From positions 83,144,001-83,208,000 of the forward strand of contig OZ076409.1 of assembly GCA_964187785.1 (NCBI GenBank): DNA of 64,000 bases. Reading direction: 5' to 3'. The notes beneath the pieces are model-generated. The model did no database searches and had not been told where the DNA came from. It saw nothing but the letters and a program-made list of their open reading frames with translations. Position numbers and translations under genes: made by a program. Numbering within the stretch: position 1 is the first letter of the stretch; each line of letters opens with the position of its first letter. This document shows positions 1 through 12,993 of this stretch, in pieces. The stretch comes from Amphiscolops sp. MND2022. Taxonomy: Eukaryota.

Positions 1-636
1 CTGTCAGCCTCATTCTGAGTCTTCTTGTGGTTACTTGGTTTCGAGATGTGTCAACTCAATGCTGGTTCCTTCCATAATCAAATAGGGAAAGCATTGCAGC
101 TTGAATGGCTATGGTTCCTTTGCTATTGTGTCCCAGAGTGACGTTTTTCCAGAGACTATCAACCGTTCGTTATCCCTCTGATGGAAATCTCAGGAGTTGC
201 TGTTTTTCAGCCGTGGACCCAATATTGTGTTGCATTGCGTTTGGTTTGTTCCAGTTGGACTGTTCATTTAGGGCGTATCTCGTTGACCTGTGTGTTTGAC
301 TGCTTCGTCTGTTTCGGGTCCCGTGCAGCAAACGCAAACAAAACTATTGGACCTTTTCTTTGAAAGACCTCTACATCTTGTGTGAACGCAACAGCATACT
401 CCTCGGGTTCGTGGAAGGGTATGGCAAATGCTACATAGTGTCTGATTGGTTGATATTTTGGAGGGGGAGCTGTCGTCATATATTTGCTTCTCAAGTAAGG
501 GTTTAGATGAGAGAAAATTCCATAAAACTTCAAAATTTGTTACATGTTCACTTGGGCTGAAATCATGTTTGAAAACGCGTGGCGGACATTGTCGAAGTTA
601 TTATTATAGCGTAGTCAGGTATGTTCACATACACGT

Positions 637-1845
637 TGTCATACCTGTTGGTATGGATTATAACGACTAAAGAATGAAGTCTCCACCAACCGACTGAAAC
701 ATTTAAAACACAAACAGTTTAAACTTATGTAGATGCATACAATGGACGACTGTACTATGCAGTCGTCACACCAATTTCACCAATGTCACAAATTACCAGT
801 GTGCTCCGACACTTTTTACATGAACATATTTTCATTTACCCTGTTTAGCAATAACGACTAAAATACACAGTCTTATTCAACAACCTTTATGTGCAATACA
901 TGAAACTTTCACATAAACAACTGGCATATCCGGTTGTACCTTTACTTAAAAATACATGCAGTTTTTTAAATTTAAATCATCAATAGTCCAATTACCAGAG
1001 CATCGTTTAGTTCACCAATAGTCATTTTGTATCATTTAGTTCATAAATACTCAATCAGTCAAAACTTTGCGAAATTACCAGCAACGACTTCGATCAATAG
1101 TCGTTCATCGGTATTTAGTGCTAATTATAACAATATTACCGACGATCAAATGCAGTAATTATACTCAGTACTTCAATCATTAGTTCGCGTTGTGAAGTTA
1201 CAAGGTAAATGATGCATACTGGTGTGATAATAGAGTGAAAGTACCGACGTGGTAATTAACAACGACTGAAGTGACCAGTCGTACGAAATGTACCATGAGG
1301 TGCTAACAGCGGGTTAACCAAATAACCAGTTGAGAGGAGACTCAAATAATCAAGTGCGATTAGCAAGTAATTACGAGTTAAAAGGTGCTACTACAATTTA
1401 AAAAATCCAAAGAGAGAACATTGCTACTGTAGAAACCAGTCGTTACCTTAACAAGCGCTTTACAATATTCTGATTCTTAAACTTACACTTCATAATTCAA
1501 ACTGCTTCAAACTATAACTTTTCAATCATGGTAAATACTCGATCGAGATTTAATAGAGAAAGTAGAATCGAGCAATCTGGAACTAGTAGTTATTTCGATA
1601 ACGAAGACAACATGAGTGTTGCTGACCATTTCGGTGAAAATATCTTGGAAAACGAGACGGAAAATGACATGAGAGAGATAGAAAGAGATCACGAAAATCA
1701 TAGATTTGAACAACGATTCTTGGAAATGAATCGCCAAATTGGAGAATTTGCTAGCATTGTGAGAGCCCTTACTGATAGATTATCGAATAGTAGGGAAGAG
1801 AACAATCGAGACGTGCTTAACCAGAGACGTCCGCCCGTTCTGACA
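637..1845 (+). repeat. 5' LTR (1209 bp)
   Basis: Matches 14647-15856 with about 19 substitutions and one 1-nt indel (counted by eye). Starts TGTCATACC, ends TCTGACA. Confidence 0.97.
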
Positions 1846-3911
1846 TGGTGACAGGAGTCCTGGCGAACCCACCACCTACGCCCACCACGCAACCACCAAG
1901 AAGGACTCCACATTCATTACTTGATCCACAAATGGGAGAAGTCATGACCGAAATACAGCACCTCAGAACAACAATGACCGATGGAGTGATCCAGCCCAAA
2001 ATACTCCAAACACAAGTCCCTCTATTCCGTGGCAACCGGGAGAAGTACAATGAGTTCGAACACTTGCTCAAAAATCATCTCCGGCCACATATGCACAAAC
2101 TGACGGAAGAGCAGAAATTGAATTACTTCCAAAGCCTCCTCAGAGATGACGCCATCGACTTCTGGCAAACTCTGAAGATAACGACCGAAACAACACTCAC
2201 TGAAATCCTCCAGGCATTCAGCAAGGAATACGCCAAAGAAGACCTCAAAGAAGTATCGAAGTACAAATTCGATCAAATGAGGTACGACCCAACAACGGAG
2301 TCATTTGCCGATTTTCTAACAAAATTCAAAAAATTAGCAAAACAGGCGTATGGTGACAAAGCCAATGACATAGCTGAAACATTCCTTTTTCCCAAATTAC
2401 CCATACAAATCCAGAATGAGCTGGCAATGGCAGGAAAGCACGATGCGACCAGCGAGGAAATTAAGACTTTCGTGCAAAGACGTTGCCAATATGCACAACT
2501 GCTACCCACCCCTGCAGGGATGCAACCTCTGAACAACATCCAGAATTACCCCGCGAAACAGCAAACCAACCAACAAACAACCGCCACCAGCAATCCGGGG
2601 AAACCAATGGCCAATAAAGAGGTCAAACGAAAATTCGAAGGCAACTGTAAATATTGCAACATTGTTGGACACAAGTGGATTGACTGCCGAAAACGCCTCC
2701 GAGACGAAGCAAACGGAATCCACACAAAAACTTACCAACGCACCCAACAGGACAACAACAACCAGCAGCCTCAGACTGACAAACCCCAATTCAACTCGAA
2801 GCTAGTGTGCCAAATCTGCGGCAAAGTTGGACACTCTGCACGAGACTGCAGAAACCGAGTCCCAGGTGCATCAGCATACCAGAATGTACCTTACCAAAAA
2901 CAGTCCACAACGGAGAACCGTGAGTTCCGACGAGATTTCCGACAATCCCAAAACCCACGACAACAACCACAATACCAGATATCACAAGCAACAAGTGAGA
3001 CCAACCAGACCGAAGTACATAATGACTGTTACGACGAGGATTACAACAAAGAATTCAACCAGAATTCAAAAAAACTTGTAAAGCCACGTCATCGTCGACA
3101 CAACCAAACTACCAGTGCGCGCAAACAACCACAAACTAACCACTACTATGACTCGAAGACTCAGAAGTCGGAATGTCGGCAGCATCCTGGCAATCGGTCT
3201 CAACACTCCAAAAAATATTACGTACACAAGGTATCACCCAACAACTACCACATACTCCCACTAGTTGGAGATGACCCTACGTGTACAACAAAGGACTGTA
3301 CTGCAAAGGACTCACCACCCAACACACGGACTACTCAGACGAAATCAAGTGACAAAAACAACCCATCACAAACGAAGTCGTCAATTAACACTAAAACAAC
3401 GGCTATCAAACCCCTCAGTGCAACATTACAGTTAGACAAGAGAAACAAAATGCTCTACGTCCCCCTCCAGTTCAGAGCATATGAAAACCAAGGGCTACTG
3501 GACACAGGTGCTATCCAAAGTGCAATGTCGGAAAATGAGCTACGCCGGATATTGCAAGCCCACCCAGCAGCCCAACTTGAGGAATACCCAGCCCCGGACT
3601 TCAAAGTCCAAATTGCCAATGGAAGCATAGTCCCAGTCCGGAAACAAGTCCTCCTTCGATTCTTTATCGGAGGAAAAGTGTTCGAGGAAACATTTATGAT
3701 TTTGCCGACAATGGGAAACATTTTGATCGGAATGTCATTTTTCAAAAAATATTCAGTAACACTAGACCTCGCAAACAACATTGTCAGATTCCCAGAAATC
3801 ACCCTTCAGTTGAGACCACAAATTGGAAAGTTCAAATTGCAAATGTTGGAACTCAGAGCATCACAGAAGACAACCATACCACCACGACAAAAGTCTTCAT
3901 CCCAGTGGTAG
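1528..3911 (+). CDS. gag: Gag plus aspartic protease; N-terminus lies in the LTR, with a 1-nt deletion near 1821 in this copy
   Basis: ORF 1845-3911 has two CCHC knuckles (CKYCNIVGHKWIDC, CQICGKVGHSARDC) and the protease motifs LLDTGA and ILIGMSF. ORF 1528 joins this frame if the extra C present in the 3' LTR is restored. Confidence 0.9.
1846..1858 (+). promoter_or_regulatory. Primer-binding site, probably tRNA-Leu
   Basis: TGGTGACAGGAGT directly after the LTR end; 12/13 match to the complement of a typical tRNA-Leu 3' end (TGGTGTCAGGAGT, recalled not searched). Confidence 0.7.
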
Positions 3912-6900
3912 CAGAAAAGGACATCGGCCATGTAACAGGCACGGTGGAAGCGTTCCCGGCATTCGAACGAAAGACGGAATTGCTGGTATCCCCATCGATG
4001 TCCGAAATAAACGACCAGCAGAGCCATGTCCAAATCACCAATTACTTGGACCACACAATAACAATACCCCAACACACAACAGTTGCAGTTTTTCGCATTT
4101 TAACCCCAAACCAAGCGAAGAACGTCCAACCAATGACAAACGAGCAACTGACCCTCATTTCGAAGTTTCCAGATGAGGCCAACAACGTGATCAACCAGTT
4201 GTTCCAGGAAGCCGATGCAAACAAGGACAAACGATGGAACCCAACACCCGATACATGTGACGACCCTGATAAACTGAATAGGATCGAACGCCGAATTTTC
4301 GATGAAATCATTCAACTCCGAGAAGCTGAGAAACTCGACCCCACACGTGACGACGACCAACGACGGGCGTTCTTGAAGAATTTCACATGGGACGACTCAA
4401 TCTTCACCGAACAGGAGCAACAAAGGATTGAAGCACTGTTGGTCAAATACCACACGATTTTTGCACGGCACCGCCTTGACATAGGCATCAACACAGATTT
4501 CAAAATCAAATTGACACCCAAGCATGATGATCCGGTGTACGCACAGAGCCTACCGACCCCGACTATTCTGAAGGACGACCTCCTTGTCGAACTGGCTCTG
4601 ATGCAAGAATACGGCATCATCACCACACTTCCATACAGCAAATACTCGTCCCCAATATTTGCCCAGCGGAAGCCTAATGGAAAATTGCGAATCCTAGTCG
4701 ACTTGAGACGCATCAACCACCTCCTCAAAAACGACTACAACCAGCACAATCACCCGGTCACGACGATAGCAGACGCCGCTCAAAACATGGCTGGCAAGAA
4801 GTACTTTTGTAAGCTCGACTGTTCGCAAGCTTACCACTGTCTCCAGATGGCCGACGAACAATCAATCCAACTTCTTGCATTTAATTTTGGCAGCAGGACC
4901 TTTGCATACCTTCGTCTTGCTCAAGGATTGAACAGATCACTGTCAGCATTCAACAGCACAATCCGAGAGTACCTTGATGCACTAGTAAAAGCAGACAAAT
5001 GTGCACAATACGTTGACGACATTGGAGTCGCTGCACACAACGTGGACGAACTGGCTGCCAACATCGAAGCAGTGTTTCAGCAGATACAGAAGGCAGGACT
5101 GAAACTCTCGATGTCAAAGTGCGCCTTTGGGCACACGAAAATCGAATTCTTGGGACGAAGCATAACAACCAAAGGCATCGCACCCCTTGCAGACCGGATT
5201 GACGACTTCCTCAAAAAACTCAAATTACCAACATCAGTCAAATCACTCCAGCGCTACATTGGATTCGTGCAATTCTACAGACAATACATCCCGAAATTGG
5301 CCGAGAAGCTCGTCCCACTGTACAAGCTACTGCAAAAAGATGTCAAGTTCGCAATGATGCAGGTACACAAGGACGCAATTTTCGACATCAACGAAAATCT
5401 AGCACGAGCTGCAAAACTGTCACTTCGACTACCACTACCCGACAAGCAACTCGTCATCATGTGTGACGCCAGCGAACATGCAGCAGGGTACGTGTTGCTT
5501 ATCGAGGACTACACTGAAAGCAACGGCGACAAGAAGAAGACGTACGCACCTGTTGTTTTCGGGTCCCAACGATTCACTGAAGGCCAAATGTCATTGACTA
5601 TGTATGCGAAGGAGTTCCTAGCCATGCATTTCGCCTTCGATGAGTTCGCCCACATTTTATGGGGAGTCAAGAAGCCCACCATAGTGATGACAGACAACAA
5701 AGCGCTAACCCGTTTCTTCCAATCAAAGCGAATCCCACCGAAATTGTGGAATCATTGCGACCAAGCACTGCAATTTGACTTCGTACTAGCCCACGTGCCA
5801 GGTGTGGAAAACCCAGCTGCCGACTACCTGTCCAGGCTAGACATTAACCCTGAGGATAGGATCCACCTGAAATTGAACGACCAAATCCCCGTCTATTACA
5901 TCGAGATTGACTTAGCAGCAAAAACCCCGAAGCAGGATGACGATGAAGAAGACTACGACCCTGACCAACCACAGCACAATACACCAGCTGACACCCCGGA
6001 GCAGAACAAACCTGACACAACCAACACCCATGATGCCCTCAGCCAAATGCAATCACTGCTGCATTCACTCGCGAACACCCAGGACCAACCCGACGACGAC
6101 CGTACCAGAATGATCCAGATCATCAGTCGTCACCTGGAACCAGTGTTGACAGACGGAACCCCCTCAATCATGCTGACGATGTTTACCCGAAAACAGCACA
6201 CCAACACGGTAAACCAGGTATGCCCGCAAGGAGATCCACAAATAATCCAAGCACAACTAAGTAACCAAGACGTTCAAAAAATGATAAGAGTCTTAGTTAA
6301 CGACGAACCCCTCCCTAACCACGTAAACTTTGCCAGTACCTTCTTCCAAAAACTAGTAAAAAACAGAAAACGTCTTGAAGTAGTCAACAAGGCCTTGTAC
6401 AGGAAGTTTTTTGATAACACTGGTAGAGTTCTAAAAGCTAAACCTGTTAACCCAAAACGCCTAATCCCACCGCTTGAAAAAATCTACGACCCTTGCAACG
6501 GTCCTGAAGACATACTTGAAATCGATCTAGTAGGCGAACTGCCCTGCTCAAATGGATATACGCACATCCTGATGGCGTGCGATTACTTCTCGCGCTATCT
6601 GTTCGCGACCCCGATCCGCAAACCAGACACAAAATCAGTAGTCAATGCACTGTTGCAAATCATTACCCGTCACGCCTACGTACCTAAGACCATCATCACT
6701 GACAAAGGCACGGCGTTCACATCCAGCATCATAACTGAACTAATGAAAACTGCCGGATTTCAAATCGAACACGCCACTGTAAAACATGCAGAGACCACAG
6801 GGATGGTTGAACGTTCCCACCAAAAGCTAAAACAGATATTGAAAATCAATGTTGCAGCTGACTCTCCGCAATGGGACAAGTACGTTAACTTAGCAGTTAT

Positions 6901-7839
6901 GGCTCATAACACGACCTACCACCAATCACTTAAGTGTACTCCGAGCGAAGTGTTTCATGGTAGAGTCCCGTTCAACGCATTAGACCTTAAATTCAGCAAC
7001 CCCCTGCAAAGCCGCACACAAGACACTGATTTGACGAAATTGGTTGACCAAGTGAACGAAAAGTACAAACAAGTAAACGACAACATACTCCAGGCTTACC
7101 ACAAGTACAAAAGGTACTACGACCGTAAAGCCCAGGCATCACCTTTAAAGGGTAATGACTTTGTTTTCCTTCTCAACCCGAAAATCACTGACCAGTCCGA
7201 CAAAATTGCATTCAACCATTTTAAATGGGAAGGCCCTTTCAAAGTAGTAAAAGTCTTAACTAACTTCAACTACATAGTGAGAAAAATCGGCACTTCCCGT
7301 ACACAGTGCGTTCATAGGATGCGTTTACGACCTTTCATCCCGAACGCACCCATACACGACATCGAAGAAGATCCAAATCTCTTCTATGCCGACCCAGAAG
7401 CGTTCGACGACCAGGATCTATTTAACGACCATGTACCTCAGACGATCCATTTTGAGCGAACGCCCGCACTGCCGCCTCCTGAAGAACTCGACACTGAACA
7501 TGGTATCATATACTACGACCAAGCTCAAAGGTCACCGCCCGACAAATGGCACAACCTTTACCTGAAAACTCTCCCCAAACATTTGTGCCACCGACTGACG
7601 ACCCTGTTGTCAGTATTCACCTAGACGACGAAAATCGGGCCGAACCCGATCAACCTGCAACCCACCAGAACGAGCTGCCACACACCAACGACGAAGCACC
7701 GGTAACGTCACGCAATAACACTACCCGTTACAACCTACGTGCGCAGCCTACACCGAAGACTTATCGAGACTTCCTCGTTCACGAACTCCAAGCAAAACCT
7801 GTATTACAAAAATTGGTGCAAAACAACCACTCCAACTGA
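3905..7839 (+). CDS. pol: Pol: reverse transcriptase, RNase H, integrase; frameshifts near 3890 and 7545; integrase HHCC domain missing
   Basis: RT motifs LRILVDLRRIN, KLDCSQAYH, AQYVDDI. RNase H motifs CDASEHAAG, KEFLA, TDNKAL, ADYLSR. Integrase IDLVG...TDKGTAF...VERSH and a GPF motif. The tail (7546-7839, RYNLR) is in another frame. Confidence 0.95.
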
Positions 7840-9325
7840 ATGCCATAAGAATACTTCACGCAAACGTGCTACGCTACACAACAAACTATAGTTTTCTTTA
7901 GCACACCAAACATGAAATTCCATTACTTTCGTTAGCATAATCAAAATAGAAGACATCACTAACGACTGCTAATAGCAGTCATGGAAGTCATGAGCCTAAG
8001 ATCGTGCAGGCAATTGTTTTACAATTGCGACACGCAAGAACACTACCCACCCAACAGCAATTAAAACGACCATTCATTTCAGGCTACACTACTTGAACAG
8101 CGCAAACGCTGAGCACTAACTGCCATTAACAATGAACGGACAGAAACGCAACGACCATAGACATTAGTCGTCACGAAAAGCGCGATGCGGAAATACATGT
8201 ACCATGTAAATTAACGCGAGATAATTTATTCAATTCATGCCAAAATCACTATAGCCACAGTCGGAGTAAAATACTCCAAATACGAGACGATCCCATCGAA
8301 ATTAACGAAACGTGAACGCAAATAACGTTCCCAAAACGATCAACGAACTAACAGGAACGATTTGCTGCCTCGCTAACGTTAGGACCACGCAATGAAGCCC
8401 CACTCAATTAACCTTGAAATCATAGTGCTGGCTGTGTGGGTGCGTCGTTAAAAAACGTGCTTGTGTGGTTGGTCGTCACCATACAGATGAAGGTTGCTCT
8501 TTAGCAACTGGATTCAGTGTTAGTTTTGAATGGGTGGTTGCGACGGCAACTCACCTTACAATAAACCGAACAATAAACTGAGAAAAAAACATTCATTGAC
8601 AGAATATACGTATTCACCAAAACAACAAAAATGAACGCTCGACCCCTTAAGTTAGACCAACAATGCGTAGGCCTCGCCTCGCCACAGTAAAAAATTTGAG
8701 GAGTTCGCGGTCCTACTTACAAACTAGCCGCCAAATACCAACACGCCTTAAGACCTTAGTCCACCTTCCGTTCACCATAGCAATTACCTTAAGGTAACAA
8801 GTCAAAAGCTCAAGAAAAATAACGACACACATCAACGATGATGACGTCGACTTAGATAAATAATCTCATGCAATACACATGAAACAACATCCTACATGCA
8901 AACCTCTAAGCTGCGACAAAAGAAAAATCGAGGTCAAAATTGTATTTCTTTTTCTAGACACACTTAAATACTACGGTGTCAACGAGATAAACAAAAAAGA
9001 CACATGCAAGATGTATCAAGCCATGTATCTAAAATCTATGCAACAATTGTCACAAATCAAGAGTAATAACGGAAATACATGCAAGCCAGTAAAATGCTAA
9101 ATCAAATGTATCCCGTTCCGGGACTAACAATGACAACCAAATCAGCAATCAACATGAAAAAATTACAAATCAGCAGCGAAAGAAGAACAATGATACAGCG
9201 CTCAAGACACAATCAAAAAACCATGTAATACAACATGACATCAATACAAATACAAAAACCAGCACTAAAGAAGTTCAAAAATGTAGTCTCAGCGAGTTTG
9301 TTAAACAAATAATCTTCCCAACGCA

Positions 9326-12300
9326 CTAGTACTCCTCCGAGGACTCACTCATCAGGACTCTTGACAATTTCCGCTTTACGACTTTCTTAGATGCCTTGGT
9401 AGACTTAGATTTGGCACGCGCTGTTACTTTCTCGCCTTTACCGCCACGTGAGGTAGAAGGCAAACCGACATCCTTTTGCGATTTTGGAGCTATACCCCGA
9501 ACGACATGTCGACTCAACGGCTCATCATCGTCGACGGAAAACAGAACAACAGAACCACGAGACGTAAGTTTCCGGGAACGGCCTTTCAACTGAACCTTAG
9601 CATCGTCGGCACCGCTCTTTAACTGTGCACACACTGCTGACCGGTAGTCGTCCACGGAGATCCCTGCTGACTCTACAGTTCCCTCATTGAATACCCGATA
9701 GCACCGGGACAACACGTCTTCGACTCCAACTTTCAGCAGCTGATCCCAGGGTCTTCCTCTTTCTGGGTCTGTTAGTCGCGAAACCTGCATATCCGTTGTC
9801 TCACAGTGACGAAGGAATCCGGCCATTAATTTTCTCGCGCCGCCGACCACTCCAGCACTCGTCCAGCTTCGCACCAAGTTCATACTGGACAGCAACTGTC
9901 CTTGGGAGAGAGCAGTGACCCCGACATCTAAGAAATCAGCAACATACTGGCTGCGTGCGGAACAGCAGACGACAATTTTAAAAACAGCCAGCAAATCAGC
10001 ACAGCGCGACCAGAAAGGGTACGAGCACCACAAGTTTATCACATCATCCACAACAGGTCCGGAAGACGACTGACAGTGCCAGCGATGCATGAATTAGTTG
10101 TACGCATCATCGTACTGCTGAACGACCTTTGCACCTTGGGCGTCAGTGAGGAAACCCAGACGAGTCAACAGCAAGCAACAATCCATCAGCGAATCCACGA
10201 CCCGATCCTTAGAACGTCGAAACATGGCCTCAGGAGCAAAAGCAGACAGATTCAGTTTCCCTGAGTTGTCTGACTGATAATCGGCTACAATGTCCTCACA
10301 AAGCTTAGCTAGAAACAACTGAAGCTCGCGATAGAAAACACGCTGCTGCTCGAGAACGTCAAAACGGAAGTACTGCACGAACAAAGCCTTGTAACGCTCC
10401 TGTGAAACGGTCCCAAGATCGACAGGCCTTGTACTCAGTAGGCGCTCGTGGTCGAAGGCAGCAGGAACCTTGTCAGCATCCTGGACCATGCACCTCAGGC
10501 GTCGTAAGAAAGAAACAAACTCTACTTCAAAGCCCAGGTCACGGTCCCGACTGTAGGTACACCCTCGAGGAAAGGACGCCAGTACTAAAACAAACAAACC
10601 AAAACGACATCACTGCGAATTCACCCTAAATAGACCCCCACCCGGAACGAAAAAACCTACAAAAAAATGAAAATGATGATGAAAGAACTAATTTGCTTCA
10701 CAGTCTTTCCGTTTCAAAAAAATATATATATATATACCTGCGAGAGAAAGAATAACAAAAAAAGCAGCAACCTACTGAATTATACTCACCTTCATCTAGC
10801 AACCATCTCAACATGGCCATCTGTGGCCGAGCCAAACGGTCATTGAATATGACGACACTCAAACTAGGGATCGATCTCAGCTACACCATGGAACCACTGC
10901 ATTCATTGTGGTAAACAGCCAGATCGTCCCATCGTTCGACAAGATCCCCACATACAGCAGCCAATTGCGGTAGAGTCAAGTCGTCACTGCGCACATACTG
11001 CAAACAGAATAGCGGCATTTGCACCTCGATTCATGAGACAAAAAGCAGAAAACGACCGAACACCCTAGTCCTACTGCCACAATCATAGGTTTAGTTTATA
11101 CACACGCTAGACAAAGTTAACACACCTTAGATATTACACATCTACAACACTTATACCAAAAGAAAGTACCTGACGTAACAAAGGCATTCTGTCGAAGGCC
11201 GATCCATTGACTACGCTCGACAGACGATATTTTAGGAACTCTAAAACATTGTAGGGATCGAGACCTCCAATTCGTTGCCGAAACTGCTGCCGGATGCTGC
11301 GCTGCAACCACTGCACGTCGAAAAATCGCATCACAACAGAATTGCCAGTAGGTCCAAAATGAGCCAAAGACCGACCGACAGCGACGTGGGTGTCCACTAC
11401 CACACTACAAATGCTAGGCAACGGATCCAGACAAGACAATACAGTCACAGTTAGCTGAATCAGATCTTCTTTCCAGCGATCGCAAACAGGCCATGTCACA
11501 AGGGTCACCGTCCGCAAGTCCACGTCGTCAACAAAATGACAGTCGACCCGCCAGAAATTCCCGTCAAAATAAACACGTAGCCCCACTTGATTGCCTGCTT
11601 GCACGAGGCTGCCCAGTTTCTCCATGATGTACGGGTATACCCCGTACAACAACAAGCTCTAAACAACACAAAACGACATAGACCATCCATCAGCCATACA
11701 CACATCTCACCATGTAACATACAAGTCCTAGCACATGTAACATATACGTAAAACTAGAGAAATACCACCCCCCCCCAGAAAACATCAGCATATGTAATAC
11801 ATGCACAAAAGGCTATGGTACCTGACATTTCGGAACGGTAAGGCTTCGGGCTACAAAGTTCATTTCGCCTAGCAAACTGCCAGTCCACCCATCCATGAGT
11901 CGCATCAGTGACTGAAATCCAGTGACTGCCCCAAAACAGTTCAAAAAGAAACACAACCACAGATAAGCAGCACTTCCATCGGGCAAGACCGGACGAGAAC
12001 CCTCCTCTTCCACTTCACGTTCAAGAGCCACGCGCTCCTCTAGAGACAAACTGATTGGCGACTCTAAATAGACTGGAGGCTCCACCATTCGATCAATTCG
12101 TATCCGCGTGTCCTCCTCGGCAGAAACGGGCCGACACGATTTGTCCAACAGCGGACGTTGCGTCATGATGCGGAACTTTTGCTCTAGTCGGGTATGTTCC
12201 GCACCCTTCCATTGCCCCCACAGATTCTGGAGGCCACGACCCGCGATACTTAGGTCCACACGACACATGAGGCAACGTGCAAACCCGTCAATGACACGTT

Positions 12301-12993
12301 TGTGTCGCGGAAAGCCAACAAACAGCCCAACCACGTTCGACACGAAATAGGATCTCTTCAGCGTGTTCAGCCTCTTCTTCCTCACTAAAAACACACACCG
12401 AAAAGTCCCACCTAATGAATATATAAGAAATGTCTGACCTGTCTCTCCCAATCACTGCCTTTGCTCACCATAGAAAAACGCGAAAAACCAATCTAGTATC
12501 TTCACTACCTTCCAAAACGATAAGATATCAAGAGATAGCCTTAACGCGTAAGCTTAACCCCCCAAGTTAGTACAACATTGCATGTGATCTTGAGAATAGT
12601 TACCAGGTCTTGGAGCTGTGGACGTCCCGACAACAGGATCCTCAACTGCGGCAACCGACCCAGGCCCACCGAACACAGTCGGCACATGAGTGCTAGTCCC
12701 GGAGACACTGCACACAGGAACGGTACCGTGGCTAGTCAATTCCAAAGCAGACAACTCGATGGAAGGGGCAAACCCGCGAGACGTCCCATCCACACGCTGC
12801 TTCCCGATGACCTCTTGCAGAGCAGTCTTGAAAGTGTGCCAGAACTCATCAACACGAAGAGCCCCAACAGTCCCGAGTTCCCCCAACGAAGAGTCCAGAA
12901 TAGCTTTAGTCAACTCCTGAACGCTTTTTTCCATTCGGGCCTCTACACGACTCAGAAGATCGTCCAAGGACAAGACTGCACAGTCCTCGACAC
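9326..12993 (-). pseudogene. Antisense spliced cargo gene in the Gypsy element, hAT-transposase-like (~970 codons, two in-frame stops in this copy)
   Basis: Exons 12993-12604, 12384-11822, 11658-11170, 10997-10790 and 10584-9326 are joined by four GT-AG introns (219, 163, 172, 205 nt) with matching phases 1,0,0,1. Motifs: BED-like ARCLMCRVDLSIAGRGLQNLWGQWKGAEH, LVERWDDLAVY, LWCSYPFWSRCADLLAVFKIVVCC. Stops at 10881-10883 and 10094-10096. The 5'-most exon(s) are unresolved. Confidence 0.72.

Noticed and set aside
264..533. 89-aa minus-strand ORF left of the Gypsy insertion
   Set aside because: No recognisable motif; stops follow immediately; probably decayed TE sequence.
7840..9325. env gene after pol
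   Set aside because: No long plus-strand ORF with a signal peptide or transmembrane segment; the region looks untranslated.
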